A stretch of 64,000 nucleotides of DNA from Eledone cirrhosa (GCA_964016885.1 OZ024743.1:70494001-70558000); one strand, 5' to 3'; shown: positions 26,347 to 41,919, counted from the stretch's first letter. The notes: generated by a model from the sequence alone, not told the origin. Numbers and translations are program-made.

Positions 26347-27662
26347 GTGGTGGAACACTGGAAGGTAATATCCCTAGTGGTAGAGCACTCGGTCCAAGGG
26401 ACGAGTTAGGTAGAAGTGGTTACACAACAGTTAGTTCACTATACCGAGAACAATTGTTTCACCTTCGCGGATCTTCAGCTCGGGATGTGTATGGTTATAG
26501 GAACAGAAAGGACAACCGTACGAACGCGCATGCGCAGAAACTCAGCAACTTCACACAGGCAATACTAGAGTGCGTGCGGGAGGTGTAAGGGAGATAAATG
26601 TGAAAGTCCGGAAAGTTTTTAGGTTGAAAATAAAATAAAAAAATTTAAAAATAAAATTACAAAGAATCAGTCCGGAGCCTTGTAGTTATGCAATAGATGT
26701 TTGGTGACGTGTGGACAACGTGCGAAAAATTCATTTCTCGTGTTTAGGCAATCACTATTGCGTAATCTCTTTAGGATAGTTATTCGTTCGTCAATACATA
26801 AGCCACACGTCGGATTTCCCCTTGCACATGGCTTGGACTTAGTGATGGTTTCCCATTGAATGGAGTAGCCTATACATGAGTCCTTGAGAGACCATACGTG
26901 ACTCGCGAGTTTCGTGGATGAACGTCTGTCCGGGTATCGGAAGGTAGACTGGTGATTCAGGAAACGCTCCTTGAATCGGCCCCCCGCCATGCCCACATAG
27001 GATTTGACCTCCTGTGGTTCTTTTGGTCGGTTGGAAGTGTCCACTACTTCATAGATTACAGCTGGTGTGTTGCATTGCTGTTGAAGCGGGCAAGCTTCAG
27101 GCTTACGGCAAGAGAACCCTGGTGGGGTGTTGCTCCTAGGGTTGCTGGTGATGTGGGCCTTCATGTTCTTAGCGCAAGAGTATCCTAGTTTAACTTAGTG
27201 TCGGTTAAAGATGGAGCGGTATTTATGACCTATGGGGAAGTGTCTATCTAAGAGGGCTAGACATTTTTTTCTTACATTGGTTTTAACGTTGAGTGAGAAG
27301 GGAGGAGAGAACCAGATAGTTTGTCTATTGATGCGCTTACTTTTCTTAATGGTGTTGTTGCTAGTGGGAGAGTAGGTGATAGGTTGTGAGAAGCCGCTGT
27401 TAGCCAACGCCGTGTTATAGTAGGGTGCCGCCCTGTCAAAGATAGCCTTATTAGAGGAGAGGTTTGAGATTCTAGTACCGATATTCTTAACGAAGTTTCT
27501 AAAAACAGTGGGAGGGTGGCATGTGAATGTAATTAAGTTTCTCGTTTAGCTTATGGAAGGGTCTGTGGGTGTGTGTGCGAAGGTCTAAATTAATGTCTGA
27601 GAAATCTACGCTAGAGAGGTTGGTGGCTACTGTTATCCTAAGGCCTAACTCATTGAAGGTAG
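26347..27662 (-). mobile_element. 5'-truncated Penelope-like element (Naiad-like)
   Basis: WFSPPFSLNVKTN, RHFP, SCRK..CP..C, VIYEV..YVGM..FKER..H, CGLC..E, CLNTRNE..CPH (26667-27660); (TA)n flanks. Confidence 0.9.
26444..26483 (-). ncRNA. Minimal hammerhead, intact core
   Basis: ccgag CTGAAGA tcc-gcgaa-ggt GAAA caattg TT ctcgg. Confidence 0.8.
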
Positions 27663-27687
27663 CTTATATATATAAATATATATATAA

Positions 27688-29934
<2,247 letters not shown>

Positions 29935-30118
29935 TATATATATATATATATAAATGGAAAAAATGAAACGAAATTTCATTTCTCACTCATATGTATATAT
30001 ATATATATATAAAATTTCAGGTTATCAATAATGTAGTGATAATATATCGTTACGTTAGAGATGAACAGCTTACGTGCAGGTTTGCTCAACGAGTATAAAT
30101 TATATTCCGGAGAAAATG

Positions 30119-32564
30119 TAGAAAGGATGAATATAAAATGAAAGTGCTTTTTTTAAAAAAGGAATTTATTAGGTATTGACATATGTTTCTGTAACAGACT
30201 GAATACCTATGTATCGCTGCTTGCGTAATCATATAATGTTAGCAAGTATTCGATAGCAAATGTATAATCAGTTGTCACTTCTTCAGAGATTTTGGATAAA
30301 TTGGATAAAATCAGAAAAATTGAAGTATTTATATTAGTAAAAGAGGAAGAAACGAAACAGAGGGGATAGTATATGACAGATGGTAAATTAATTTACTGCT
30401 AAACAAGTATATAATGGGTTTCTAATGAGAATACCATGAGTAAATCTAAATAAGAATTTTGGGAGTGCCAATTTTAATCTCTACTCGACCAACTGGACAG
30501 TGGACAGGGCTGGTCATTTGGTGCAGTAGTATTAATTATAAAGTGTCAATTGGGGAAGGGGGAGATTTCGATTGCTACTAAATAACAACAATGCTAGTAG
30601 CCAGCTGGTATATGCATTAGGGAATTGAATCAAGAAATCAGAAATCTCATTTTATCTATAGCAGTTTGTATTAAAAGGTAAATAATAGAAGAGTTGATAG
30701 AATTAAGACTAATAAAGAATGTTAATATCTATTTTGACAATCAAACGGGGATAGAGACAGGCGTTCAATCCTGGTAGTATTTATAATATGAAAATGTAGA
30801 TTTTAAGCGATGGTTACAGTATAACCGCTATTATATCCCATTTTAGGTGAAATTGTTGGTTATTTTCACGCAGCTGCCAAGCCTTGTCTGCGAGTGTTGT
30901 TACATAGCGCTGGTTTTCATGTTTTATCGAGTAATGTTTTATCGAGTAATGATGTCTATAAAGGCGTGATTTGAAGGAGGTGGCTGTAGATCCCACATAG
31001 TACCACTTCTGTCTATCCGATTCGATAGTACATTTGTATACGATGTTGCGTTCAAGACACTGATTGTTCAACGGACACATTCCTGGTTGGACACAGTTGC
31101 AATTATAATATTGCGTTGTTGTATTGCCATGGATGGGTTGATGAGGTTGCTTATGTAGGACAGGATGTTGTTTGTTGTTTTGTGATGTTATAGCTAATGT
31201 TTTACGTGTATTGTTATGTGTTGGAAGGCGTTTATACAACCGTTTTGCGTTAAGCTTTTTTATATGTTGTTCAATATTAGGGGCGGTTGAATATGAAAGT
31301 CGAATAGTGTTAGGGTTTAAGATTTTATTATATTTATGTGATGTTGGAAAGTGTTTTTTAACTAATCGAAAGAATTTTGAGGGTAGATTGGTTTTAATAG
31401 AGTTGTTATAGACCGGGTTGTACCAAATATACTCCTTACATCGCCTTCTGTTTGGTGGTGTGCGACTATTATTGTGTCTATTGCGGTAGTGTATGTATGG
31501 TGGTGATTCTGTGCTATTTCTACTCCTATGGGATTTATTTTGGGTGTTTTGGTGATCTTTGACTATATACTCTATATTATCTAGGTGACCGGCTTTCCTA
31601 AGTGCATCATCATAATATTCGGCATGTTCTTTGAAGGTTTGTTGGTTGGACGACAGGCGGGAGATTCTAAGAGAAACATTTCTAGGGATGGATTTAATTA
31701 TAGAGAGTGGATGGTTAGAACTCGTATTTACATATTTAAGGTTCTCATTTAGTTTATGGAACGGTTTAATCGTATCTGTATTGAGATTGAAAGTAACATC
31801 AAGGAAATTGACCTCTTTGAGGTTATATTCAAATGTAATATTTAATCCTAGTTCCTTAAAAAGCTTTCTGATATTTTTACGCATCCTTTCTAAATTCTGG
31901 TTATTCATATGCTTAACTAATAGGAGCGCATCGTCACGGTAGATTCCACCGTGGAGATCCTTGAATTTTCCTTGTAATCTGTGGGTGATATAAATTCCCA
32001 CAAGATCTGTTACTTCCGCCGAATCATTAGAACCCATAGTGATATCAAAATTAGAAGGTCTATCTTTGCGAACCCAATAGCTATCATCGAATTTAACTAT
32101 AGTTTTCCTCGCTTCCATAATAATTTTAATTTCAGCATCCGTATGATCGGAATTATCCTTAGCGAACGAAAGAGCTTCATGTAGAGTATCAGGTGAAACT
32201 GAGGAATAATATTCATCAATATCAAACTGAATAAATTTTGATTTTTTCTTAACAGTAATGTTATTAAACCATCTTATTGCTTCATGAGTGTTACCCCATA
32301 GTTTAATCTCCACTTTAACCTTAACTTGGGGGATAATTCTGTCTAGTATTTATTTGCTAATTTTGCCTATATCAGTTTTAGAGGGGCATATAAGTCTAAT
32401 ATTAGGGTTAGTATCGAAGTTTACCTTGTGGTCCTTCAGGTTGAAGGATGGTATAGCTGGTGTTAAGGGTTGCGTTCTATCGTCAATACAAAGTTTTTTA
32501 ACAATATCACATGCCGAGTTGTTGATGTTTTTAAATGTAGCTTCATTAGTTTTCCTGTATTTTT
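30119..32564 (-). mobile_element. Naiad-like PLE, left (inverted) arm of giant palindrome
   Basis: Near-identical reverse complement of 32760-35191; ORF 30814-32313. Confidence 0.95.
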
Positions 32565-32576
32565 GAACAAGACCTA

Positions 32577-34496
32577 ATGGATATGATCATGGAGATCAAA
32601 TTTACAAAACGGAAGAACAATAAACTACAGAATGACATCACGGCACTGATCAATAATCTAAAAAACGCCAATGGAATTATTGTTAGAGCAGACAAAACAT
32701 CAAACGTATATACCATGGATGTGGACACTTACAATAACTTCATCCGTAAGGAATTGCATAAAAAATACAGGAAAACTAATGAAGCTACACTTAAAAACAT
32801 CAACAACTCGGCATGTGATATTGTTAAAAAACTCTGTATTGACGATAGAACGCAACCCTTAACACCAGCTATACCATCCTTCAACCTGAAGGACCACAAG
32901 GTAAACTTCGATACTAACCCTAATATTAGACTTATATGCCCCTCTAAATCTGATATAGTCAAAATTAGCAAATATATACTAAACAGAATTATCCCCCAAG
33001 TTAAGGTTAAAGTGGAGATTAAACTATGGGGTAACACTCATGAAGCAATAAGATGGTTTAATAACATTACTGATAAGAAAAAATCAAAATTTATTCAGTT
33101 TGATATTGATGAATATTATTCCTCAATTTCACCTGATACTCTACATGAAGCTCTTTCGTTCGCTAAGGATAATTCCGACCTTACGGATGCTGAAATTAAA
33201 ATTATTATGGAAGCGAGGAAAACTATAGTTAAATTCGATGATAGCTATTGGGTTCGCAAAGATAGACCTTCTAATTTTGATATCACTATGGGTTCTAATG
33301 ATTCGGCGGAAGTAACAGATCTTGTGGGAATTTATATCACCCACAGATTACAAGGAAAATTCAAGGATCTCCACGGTGGAATCTACCGTGACGATGCGCT
33401 CCTATTAGTTAAGCATATGAATAACCAGAATTTAGAAAGGATGCGTAAAAATATCAGAAAGCTTTTTAAGGAACTAGGATTAAATATTACATTTGAATAT
33501 AACCTCAAAGAGGTCAATTTCCTTGATGTTACTTTCAATCTCAATACAGATACGATTAAACCGTTCCATAAACTAAATGAGAACCTTAAATATGTAAATA
33601 CGAGTTCTAACCATCCACTCTCTATAATTAAATCCATCCCTAGAAATGTTTCTCTTAGAATCTCCCGCCTGTCGTCCAACCAACAAACCTTCAAAGAACA
33701 TGCCGAATATTATGATGATGCACTTAGGAAAGCCGGTCACCTAGATAATATAGAGTATATAGTCAAAGATCACCAAAACACCCAAAATAAATCCCATAGG
33801 AGTAGAAATAGCACAGAATCACCACCATACATACACTACCGCAATAGACACAATAATAGTCGCACACCACCAAACAGAAGGCGATGTAAGGAGTATATTT
33901 GGTACAACCCGGTCTATAACAACTCTATTAAAACCAATCTACCCTCAAAATTCTTTCGATTAGTTAAAAAACACTTTCCAACATCACATAAATATAATAA
34001 AATCTTAAACCCTAACACTATTCGACTTTCATATTCAACCGCCCCTAATATTGAACAACATATAAAAAAGCTTAACGCAAAACGGTTGTATAAACGCCTT
34101 CCAACACATAACAATACACGTAAAACATTAGCTATAACATCACAAAACAACAAACAACATCCTGTCCTACATAAGCAACCTCATCAACCCATCCATGGCA
34201 ATACAACAACGCAATATTATAATTGCAACTGTGTCCAACCAGGAATGTGTCCGTTGAACAATCAGTGTCTTGAACGCAACATCGTATACAAATGTACTAT
34301 CGAATCGGATAGACAGAAGTGGTACTATGTGGGATCTACAGCCACCTCCTTCAAATCACGCCTTTATAGACATCGTTACTCGATAAAACATGAAAACCAG
34401 CGCTATGTAACAACACTCGCAGACAAGGCTTGGCAGCTGCGTGAAAATAACCAACAATTTCACCTAAAATGGGATATAATAGCGGTTATACTGTAA
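32577..34496 (+). CDS. PLE reverse transcriptase + GIY-YIG endonuclease (N-truncated, endonuclease C-terminus deleted)
   Basis: ADKT, LKDHK..RLICP, FIQFDIDEYYSSI, FDITMGSNDSAEV, IYRDD, NFLDVT, SNHP, CNC..CP..C, IVYKC..YVGST..FKSR. Confidence 0.9.
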   Translation: MDMIMEIKFTKRKNNKLQNDITALINNLKNANGIIVRADKTSNVYTMDVDTYNNFIRKELHKKYRKTNEATLKNINNSACDIVKKLCIDDRTQPLTPAIPSFNLKDHKVNFDTNPNIRLICPSKSDIVKISKYILNRIIPQVKVKVEIKLWGNTHEAIRWFNNITDKKKSKFIQFDIDEYYSSISPDTLHEALSFAKDNSDLTDAEIKIIMEARKTIVKFDDSYWVRKDRPSNFDITMGSNDSAEVTDLVGIYITHRLQGKFKDLHGGIYRDDALLLVKHMNNQNLERMRKNIRKLFKELGLNITFEYNLKEVNFLDVTFNLNTDTIKPFHKLNENLKYVNTSSNHPLSIIKSIPRNVSLRISRLSSNQQTFKEHAEYYDDALRKAGHLDNIEYIVKDHQNTQNKSHRSRNSTESPPYIHYRNRHNNSRTPPNRRRCKEYIWYNPVYNNSIKTNLPSKFFRLVKKHFPTSHKYNKILNPNTIRLSYSTAPNIEQHIKKLNAKRLYKRLPTHNNTRKTLAITSQNNKQHPVLHKQPHQPIHGNTTTQYYNCNCVQPGMCPLNNQCLERNIVYKCTIESDRQKWYYVGSTATSFKSRLYRHRYSIKHENQRYVTTLADKAWQLRENNQQFHLKWDIIAVIL

Positions 34497-35023
34497 CCAT
34501 CGCTTAAAATCTACATTTTCATATTATAAATACTACCAGGATTGAACGCCTGTCTCTATCCCCGTTTGATTGTCAAAATAGATATTAACATTCTTTATTA
34601 GTCTTAATTCTATCAACTCTTCTATTATTTACCTTTTAATACAAACTGCTATAGATAAAATGAGATTTCTGATTTCTTGATTCAATTCCCTAATGCATAT
34701 ACCAGCTGGCTACTAGCATTGTTGTTATTTAGTAGCAATCGAAATCTCCCCCTTCCCCAATTGACACTTTATAATTAATACTACTGCACCAAATGACCAG
34801 CCCTGTCCACTGTCCAGTTGGTCGAGTAGAGATTAAAATTGGCACTCCCAAAATTCTTATTTAGATTTACTCATGGTATTCTCATTAGAAACCCATTATA
34901 TACTTGTTTAGCAGTAAATTAATTTACCATCTGTCATATACTATCCCCTCTGTTTCGTTTCTTCCTCTTTTACTAATATAAATACTTCAATTTTTCTGAT
35001 TTTATCCAATTTATCCAAAATCT

Positions 35024-35132
35024 CTGAAGAAGTGACAACTGATTATACATTTGCTATCGAATACTTGCTAACATTATATGATTACGCAAGCAGCGATACA
35101 TAGGTATTCAGTCTGTTACAGAAACATATGTC
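35024..35132 (+). ncRNA. Hammerhead core with long stem-II insert (mirror copy 30178-30286 on minus)
   Basis: CTGAAGA a gtgaca...tgttac a GAAA catatg TC; stem I pairing weak. Confidence 0.65.
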
Positions 35133-35186
35133 AATACCTAATAAATTCCTTTTTTAAAAAAAGCACTTTCATTTTATATTCATCCT

Positions 35187-35222
<36 letters not shown>

Positions 35223-35234
35223 AGGATATATATA

Positions 35235-36200
35235 TACATTATGAAGAGAGAAGAAACATTTAGATATAATAAATAATAAAATGTATCATACCTAAACTGC
35301 TCCTAGATTCCTCGACTACGTAGTTTCGTGGCATAAACAAAAACAATACATCATAAAGATATAGAGTCCCTGCGAGGTCTGCCGACTTATCAAGAGGATA
35401 CCTCATTTTACTAGTCTCAAGAACGCGTCTCTCTTCATAATGTATTTTTAACTCTGATACTGGTTCAGTCTTGTTCAACCGGATTGGTCTGTCCCAGTCA
35501 TTCATTGAGCAACATCGGTGAGGTTGGCACCCTTAACTCACGGTTGGGTGTGGATGCATTCATGTATATGTGTGTGTCCGCATGTATCTGTGTGTTTCTA
35601 AATATATTGTTAATAACTCCCTCTGGTTGAGTAATCTTTGAATTGTGGTGACTGCTGGAAAGCTGCCATTACTCATACTTCTCGCCTCCTTCACCACCTC
35701 TTCTACGGCTTCGATATAAATACCCCCTCCGCCTCTGTGGTATTTTCTTCGGGGTTATAAGAGGCTTAGCTCTGTTTCTCGACCGTTATATCGCGTGACT
35801 ATCTCCCCCTCCACCTTTTGGGATTCTTTCTCACGTCGTGTAGACGCGTTCTTGAGACTAGTAAAATGAGGTATCCTCTTGATAAGTCGGCAGACCTCGC
35901 AGGGACTCTATATCTTTATGATGTATTGTTTTTGTTTATGCCACGAAACTACGTAGTCGAGGAATCTAGGAGCAGTTTAGGTATGATACATTTTATTACT
36001 TATTATATCTAAATGTTTCTTCTCTCTTCATAATGTATGTTTAACTCTGATACTGGTTCAGTCTTGTTCAACCGGATTGGTCTGTCCCAGTCATTCATTG
36101 AGCAACATCGGTGAGGTTGGCACCCTTAACTCACGGTTGGGTGTGGATGCATTCATGTATATGTGTGTGTCCGCATGCATCTGTGTGTTTCTAAATATAT
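35235..36200 (+). mobile_element. Non-coding PLE-derived unit: inverted 5' repeat plus ~180-bp direct repeats (period ~593 bp)
   Basis: 35235-35430 is the reverse complement of 35842-36037; 35431-35608 repeats at 36024-36201; (TA)n flanks. Confidence 0.85.
35874..35963 (+). ncRNA. Type-I hammerhead, U3-A8 core variant (inverted copy 35309-35398)
   Basis: tcctc TTGATAA gtcggca...tgccac GAAA ctacgtag TC gagga. Confidence 0.75.
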
Positions 36201-36222
36201 TATATATATATATATATATATA

Positions 36223-36287
<65 letters not shown>

Positions 36288-36447
36288 GTAAAAGGGTGAA
36301 GAATAAGATGGTCGGCTGTACAAAAAGGGTTTTATTTACAGTATTAACAATTGTTTAATTGATCAGGTGAGTCTCAAGACCGCTGATCACTCGAAATTGC
36401 GTCACTGGACCTTAAATACAGTGTGTCTCTGATCAAATCATCGGAAT

Positions 36448-36487
<40 letters not shown>

Positions 36488-36548
36488 CGTGAAATTAATA
36501 AACATTCGTTGTACTGCCTCTCTGTTTTGTTCCTCTTCAAATTTTTCC

Positions 36549-36580
<32 letters not shown>

Positions 36581-36810
36581 ATTCTGTCGATCGATTGGTT
36601 ATTGATTAGGCGATACTCGTTGATGAAGCCGCATAAACCGATTGTGCATTGTCGCAAAATATATGCAGATGGATGGTGCAGTGCACCTTACTGCTGCATT
36701 TACATATTCATCCTAAAGACTTGAATTTTTTCTTTCACTATCCAAACTGTACCTGAACTGATAAGGTCTGGTTTCTTGGGTATGTCACCATTTATAAAAC
36801 AAATTTTGTA

Positions 36811-36867
36811 TTTTATCTGATGAGAGGGTACCAAAATTTTGGTACCCTTGAAATGTATATAATAAAA
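36811..36867 (+). ncRNA. Type-I hammerhead, intact core
   Basis: ttttat CTGATGA g agggtacc-aaaatttt-ggtaccct t GAAA tgtata TA ataaaa. Confidence 0.85.
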
Positions 36868-36908
36868 TAAATATGATTTTATAAATATAGTATCCATTTA
36901 TTAATATC

Positions 36909-36944
<36 letters not shown>

Positions 36945-37105
36945 CAATAGCTGTGGCTAGTTTGACCTACCTCCTTTTGCCTCTATCTTTGCTTCGGCCC
37001 TTGATAAACCTGTTTCTACATCATCCACTCTCATCCCAGGAACAGTTTTGATAGCGCTAGTTTGTGATTTAAATTCAGGAATTTTATATTCTTTGAATGA
37101 AAAGA

Positions 37106-37189
37106 ACCTTCTGACGAGAATCTTTCTTTGCAACGAAGGCCGTATGGCCTACGTTTTATTTTTGGGATTCGAAACCGATCGGTAAAGGT
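37106..37189 (+). ncRNA. Type-I hammerhead, intact, in a ~430-bp unit between (TA)n tracts
   Basis: acctt CTGACGA gaatct...ggattc GAAA cc-gatc-gg TA aaggt. Confidence 0.85.
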
Positions 37190-37369
37190 AACTATAGTAG
37201 GTAAAGTCAATTTTTTAAAATTTATTTTGAAACTTTTTCATTATTTGCTAAACCTTGTTTATATTTGTTCTGGCTCGTTAATTTATTAACCCGCCATTGA
37301 ACCACACTGGCATTTGGTTGGACAATACATGCGTACCTTGGCGCCTTGTGCGTGAAGGAACGTATATCC

Positions 37370-37453
<84 letters not shown>

Positions 37454-37774
37454 CGTCTGTAATACTCTACAACCTATTTTCTCTACAATGTTTTCTTTAA
37501 GACACCAAGGAGCCTATCATCAGATTGTGCCTAGTAAACCACGTTTACATTAGTCTTTCTATTGCAGGTATTATCTTCTGGTCGAAACTCCTGGCGAGAT
37601 TTGAAATCAGAACGCTCAGAGTCGCTTTAGTTACCACGAATCATCTTGTTAGACTCTTTACTCTTTAACTAAACCACTAACCTAAGATCACTGGCCAGGA
37701 ATATAATACACTGCCCCCAGTACTGGTATGTTATTTACCAACCTTGAAAAGATGAAATGCACAATAAATCTAGA

Positions 37775-38045
37775 GGGGATTTGAACCCAGAGCATAAAGG
37801 GCCGGGACAATTACGGATGCATTTAATTCAACATTGTGAAGGCGTGAGGCTGACTGGTTAGAGAATTGGATTCACAATCTTGAGGTTGTGGGTTCGATTC
37901 CTGGACCAGGTGATGCGTTATGTCCCTGAGCAAGACACTTTATTTGACGTTGCTCCTTCTACCTGGAGTTGCGACCGCTAGAGAGTATTAGCAATGAAAA
38001 GACCGACGAAAACATTGGTTCCTCGGTCCGATTTGACGAAAGTCG
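37775..38045 (+). mobile_element. OR-like SINE (subfamily also at 52574-52760)
   Basis: A box/B box ggttcgattcc, core tgtccctgagcaagacac. Confidence 0.8.
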
Positions 38046-38419
38046 ATCGATCCTTTAATTCAACACTCTAACGACTTTTCCAATCGCCGCATTAGGCACC
38101 AAATTATTGTTAAATATCTTCATCGTGAATTACAAATAAAATATGACACCGAAAGCTGGCTGTTATTTTGACCTATTACTGTGTTAGAGTAATACAGGGA
38201 AAAGTGGGAGAGACAGGAGCAGTGCCAGTCGGGGTTTGGTTCCTTTGTGTTCGGACCTGGTGTATATGTATATATATTTATTTACCGCACCACCACTAGC
38301 TACCATCATTCTAATATCGAATTTCCATTTTACCTACACTTCTCTATCGACGTAATATTGTTATAGTTAATATTGTGTTTAATATTGTTATGGTTAATAT
38401 TGTTTAGTCTTCGTTATAT

Positions 38420-38635
38420 GGTGGATTGGCAGTATCGGTAGTGGGTCGGACGCCATACTTTGCAGCATAGAGTCACGCCCCTTTATGATCTGAGTTCAAA
38501 TCCCCCCGAGGTTAACTTTGTCTTTTATCCTTACGGGGTCGATAAAATAAAGTACCAGTCACGCACTGGGGTCGATTTAATCGACTTTCTCCTCTCCCAA
38601 AATTGCTGGCCTTGTGCCTATATAAGAAACCGTTA
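38420..38635 (+). mobile_element. OK-like SINE
   Basis: Family body with B-box. Confidence 0.85.
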
Positions 38636-39469
38636 TTTTATTCAGAATGATACGAATCCGTTATAAAAATACGACAACAATACTTGGCTGTTAGTATAAC
38701 CTATTATTGTTCCAGAGTTAGTATTACAATTCTCTATTGTCTTAGTATTGTTGTGGTTATTATGTATTTGTTAGTCTTTATGATATTATTCAGGATGACA
38801 TATTAAATCTTGTTTAATGTACTTTTATAACCTGGCTAATTCCTTGATTCATACAGAAAAAGAAGTCAAATCGAGGAAGATTCCATCAAAGGAAAAAAAT
38901 GTTGAAAAACACCTTAACTTAAGCTGAATCTTTCACTTCAAACCGTCCACTTGAAACGAAAACGATTCATGGAAAATTGTCAGAAAAGATTAGTTAGCAC
39001 AAAACATTTGAAAAAGACAAACTATGTCACTTTCCCAGCAAAGCTATTTCATTCTAATATACGAGGAAGACGGTTTTACGATTTTATCTTTTATACAAAA
39101 CAGTAGGACATACATACAACAAAAGCTATATTTGTATTAAATGTGTAGTGAAAGCTTTCCATTAAAATGTATTTTCCACAAATAAAATCACACCATCTGG
39201 ATGGATCATATAAATATGAAGTAAACGATGCTGCTTCTTTCAAAAACAATAACTCACACAAAAGGAAGGTGAGAGTTTCTCAACAGAATCATTATAACTA
39301 TGATAAGATTTTAAAATAGAATTTCGATATGAAATTTGAGGTAATTCATTTTCACAAAATTATACGTTCTTCGAAATATATTGAAACACATTCAAATAAG
39401 AAACCACAAATTTGTAAAATATGTGGTATATATTCTGCAACTCCATAATTTTTAATAGGATATAGACAT

Positions 39470-39800
39470 ATATCTGGCACTCCGTTGGTAACGACGACGA
39501 GTGGTTCAGTTGATCCGATGAACAGAACAGCCTGCTCGTGAAATTAACGTGCAAGTGACTGAGCATTCCACAAACACGGGTATCCTTAACGCAGTTCTCA
39601 GGGAGGTTCAGCGTGACACAGAATGTAGCAAGGCTGGCCCTTTGAATTACAGGTACAACTCATTTTTGCCAGCTGAGGTGGACTGGAGTAACACGAAAAG
39701 AAGTGTCATGTTCAAGGACACACTGCACCGCCCGGAATCGAACTCATGACTTTACGATTGTGAGCCAAATACGCTAACCACAAAGCCACGCACCTTCACA
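39470..39800 (-). mobile_element. OR-like SINE
   Basis: Minus-strand tRNA head and ttcaaggacac core. Confidence 0.8.
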
Positions 39801-39974
39801 TAGAGTCATGAACACACAGGAAAATCACTATTTTTCCTATTTAAACTGCAGCAAATTGTTTTTAAAAGTTAATACCTGATCCTTTGAACATTAGAACATA
39901 TGATATGCATATATAAACATCGCCAACACTATTGCAGGTAGAATACTGCTTTTACTGTTGCTAAAATACATTGC

Positions 39975-39985
39975 TGATGATGATC

Positions 39986-40053
<68 letters not shown>

Positions 40054-40101
40054 GACGATGATCATGATGATGATTATGATGACGATGATGATTATGATGA
40101 C

Positions 40102-40147
<46 letters not shown>

Positions 40148-40193
40148 TTTATGATGATTATGATGATGATGGTGGTGGTAGTGGGGTTGGGGG

Positions 40194-40229
<36 letters not shown>

Positions 40230-40232
40230 CGC

Positions 40233-40263
<31 letters not shown>

Positions 40264-40395
40264 GATGATGATGATGATGAGGAGGAGGAGGAGGAGGAGG
40301 AGGAGGAGGAGGAGGAGGAGGAGGAGGAGGAGGAGGATAATGATGATTATAGTGATGGTGATGGTGATGATGATGATGATGATGATGATGGATGA
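39975..40395. repeat. (GAT)n/(CAT)n/(GAG)n compound microsatellite
   Basis: Direct reading. Confidence 0.95.
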
Positions 40396-41483
40396 AAGAT
40401 CCCATACACATTGATTAGGGCTGGTGACCATGGACAGTTGCCCTAATACTTATCTATATGATGCTGATGAGTCTCATCAGGGAAAAAAATGTAACATCGG
40501 AGGGTCCCGAATCCTTGACCGATCATTACTCAAAAGCTGGTCATCCGCCTTCATCATATGGGTGAAGCCGTTGGCCTATTGAAAGGTTGTCTCCAACGTA
40601 ACTAACGAGTTCCATCTACTCTGGTTTTAAAACCAAAGTGATTCTTCTCCAAGACAAACTGCCAATCAAGGCTACCGAGATCTGTCATTCCTTTTTTTTT
40701 TCCTAAACACCATCGATGGCATTGACGCTCCTGCGTCCCTTCACCCTTTGACGGGTTATGTTTTTCCTCTGGCAGAGCTAAAAAAAAACAACCTCTTCAG
40801 CAAGCAATTTGGTGGGTTAACCAGTTTAGTCGCCGACATTTGGTTTAAATATATTTCTGATGAAATGAAAGTCCTTCTTCTCAACAATTAGCTGGCCTCC
40901 TCCAAGGTATATCTCGTTGGAGGTGTCTTGGGTGATTTAATGATAGGGACCCCAGTCCTATCATATCATTTCTACAGCTGACTAAACTGGAGCAACATGA
41001 AATAAAGTATCTTGCTCAAGGAAACAACACATCACCCGGTCCGAGAATTGAACTCACAACCTTTCGATTGCAAGCCCAATGCTCTACCCATTAAGCCATG
41101 CGCTTAGGACAGTGCCAAAGTGATATTTTTCAATCAAACTACATGCTTGTGGCAAGAAGAAAATTGCAATATTTCCATTCTAGGTTTTCTCATAGACTAT
41201 AACAATGGGTAACACGATTCTGATGTTCATGTTACAATACTTTTCTACAGAAACCTTAGCAAGAAGTTAAATTGTTTTCTCAAAATAGCAATTTAACACT
41301 AGATAAACGAAAAGTTGAACATAAAGAGAACTGTAGAACATACATATATATATATATATATACATCCATCGATATGTATATATGCGACACGCTAAGTTCG
41401 GGAACCATGTGCGTTATATATATACACACATTTTCCAGTTTTCTATTTGACTTAGAAGTGAGGAGGATATTAATTTCATCAGC

Positions 41484-41556
41484 CACTGATGAGCCTGGAA
41501 TTTGGTATATCTCTTCACAAATAATATTGCGAAACGGTTCTATGAAAGACCGTCTG
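41484..41556 (+). ncRNA. Probable hammerhead in a unit between (TA)n tracts
   Basis: ca CTGATGA gc...gc GAAA cggt-tctatgaaag-accg TC tg; short stems I and II. Confidence 0.6.
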
Positions 41557-41919
41557 AGTGATGGTAGTTACCACAATACTGGTTTGTATTTATTTTTCTT
41601 AATTTATTCTTAAATTAAGTCTAGCAAACCCTATTGTCTGTAGTTAGTATTTTTTTTCACCTTAGCGATTTTGGTCCATTACGATTTGAACACATATATA
41701 TATGTGTGTCTGTATTCGTTTTTTCCTTTTTGTTCAGTTATATACGGCTCGGAAAAATCTTTTCCTAGAGCTAATTTACTGTAATGAGACTATTTTGAGT
41801 TTCTAACTCAATACATGCTTTTGATATATATATATATATATATATATATTAAAGATGAATATATATATCTGTGTATATATATAAATGATGAATATATATA
41901 TATATATATGTATATATAT

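Larger units (their letters stand above)
32565..35191 (+). mobile_element. Naiad-like PLE, right arm, 5'-truncated, with 3' pLTR
   Basis: Long RT-GIY ORF followed by non-coding region with hammerhead, ends in (TA)n. Confidence 0.95.

Noticed and set aside
40459-40500. gatg CTGATGA gtct..aggg aaaa..catc
   Set aside because: GAAA and stem III not convincing; could be chance or a very old relic
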